64,000 nucleotides of DNA from Eledone cirrhosa (taxonomy: Eukaryota), in assembly GCA_964016885.1 (NCBI GenBank), contig OZ024744.1, positions 118,792,001 through 118,856,000 on the forward strand, in the 5' to 3' direction. Within the stretch, counting starts at the first letter, position 1, and every line of letters begins with the position of its first letter. Below the pieces are notes generated by a model. It was not told the origin of the DNA, ran no database searches, and saw only the letters and a list, made by a program, of their open reading frames with translations. A program made the translations under genes and the position numbers. Below are positions 63,165 to 64,000 of the stretch, in pieces.

Positions 63165-64000
63165 GCTTACCTGTGATCCTACTACATCTTTTATGTACCC
63201 ATAGTTTACATTTGGGACATAGAACAGAATTTCTACTTACTCCTTTCCTACTTACTGATCAAGACCATTTCCCAGAGGGCACCTGTGCCCTATTTTCCTT
63301 TCTGCATATGAGAACCTTAGTTTTAGACAAGTTCACTTTAAGAACTTTTGATTCTAGGCCATGTTTCCATGTTTGGAATTTCTTCTCTAGTTCTGCCATA
63401 CATTCAGTTATGAGAATTAGATCATCTGCGTATAGGAGTTCCCATGGGCAGCCGTTCTTAAACTCTTTTGTTATAGCCTGTAAGGCAATAATAAACAGGA
63501 TGGGGCTAAGGACGGAGCCTTGATGAACACTGACTTTTACGCTAAATTCTTCACTGTATTCATTGTTAATTTTAACCTTGCTGACTATTTCTTTATGCAT
63601 GGGTTGTATAGCTCTCACAAGCCATTCATCAAAAAGTACCACGGATGCTCTTTTCCTTGTACGACAACTACAGAAGTACCTAGCTAAAAGTAAACCCCTA
63701 TACTTAGCTTTTGTTGACCTGGAGAAAGCCTTTGACAGAGTCCCCCGCGCCATAACCTGGTGGGCTCTTAGAAAACTAGGATACCCTAGTTTTCTAAGAG
63801 CCCACCAGGTTATGGCGCGGGGGACTCTGTCAAAGGCTTTCTCCAGGTCAACAAAAGCTAAGTATAGGGGTTTACTTTTAGCTAGGTACTTCTGTAGTTG
63901 TCGTACAAGGAAAAGAGCATCCGTGGTACTTTTACCTGACACAAATCCAAAATGCATTTCATTAAGGGTAATTCAGTGACCTTCATAACCTGGTCATACA
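63165..64000 (-). pseudogene. RTE family B-like RT fragment with 149-bp perfect internal foldback duplication
   Basis: FGFVSGKSTTDALF...RKLG[inverted copy]DEWLVRA...LLYADDL; 63632-63780 is the reverse complement of 63785-63933. Confidence 0.93.

Overview
AT-rich, repeat-saturated eukaryotic (animal) DNA. The repeat complement (RTE LINEs with (TGA)n tails, two tRNA-derived SINE families, Helitrons, Penelope-like remnants, huge (TA)n tracts) suggests an octopod cephalopod; this is an inference. No confident host protein-coding gene is visible, and most short ORFs in the track are microsatellite or antisense-TE artefacts. The only real long ORFs belong to two RTE LINE families: A at 26543-29699 (+, near full length, one stop and one frameshift) and B at 48112-51160 (-, uninterrupted 878-codon ORF, 5'-truncated). 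Both carry a PHD-like C4HC3 finger after the RT. The window also holds a decayed CRE-like REL element, GIY-YIG Penelope-like fragments and a CpG/ETS-rich promoter-like island near 45.8-46.1 kb. Structure not explained by simple annotation: (1) at least a dozen type-I hammerhead ribozyme motifs in short non-coding elements, which form head-to-head inverted pairs anchored in (TA)n tracts and sometimes enclose RTE-derived filler, up to a whole 3-kb RTE; (2) two hammerheads whose CUGANGA core has been overwritten into a palindrome; (3) four 1-4 kb minisatellites built from ~60-70-nt pieces of retroelement coding sequence, mostly at the 5'-truncation point; (4) a tandem-pseudoknot 3' module shared between RTE LINEs and SINEs; (5) many foldback palindromes.
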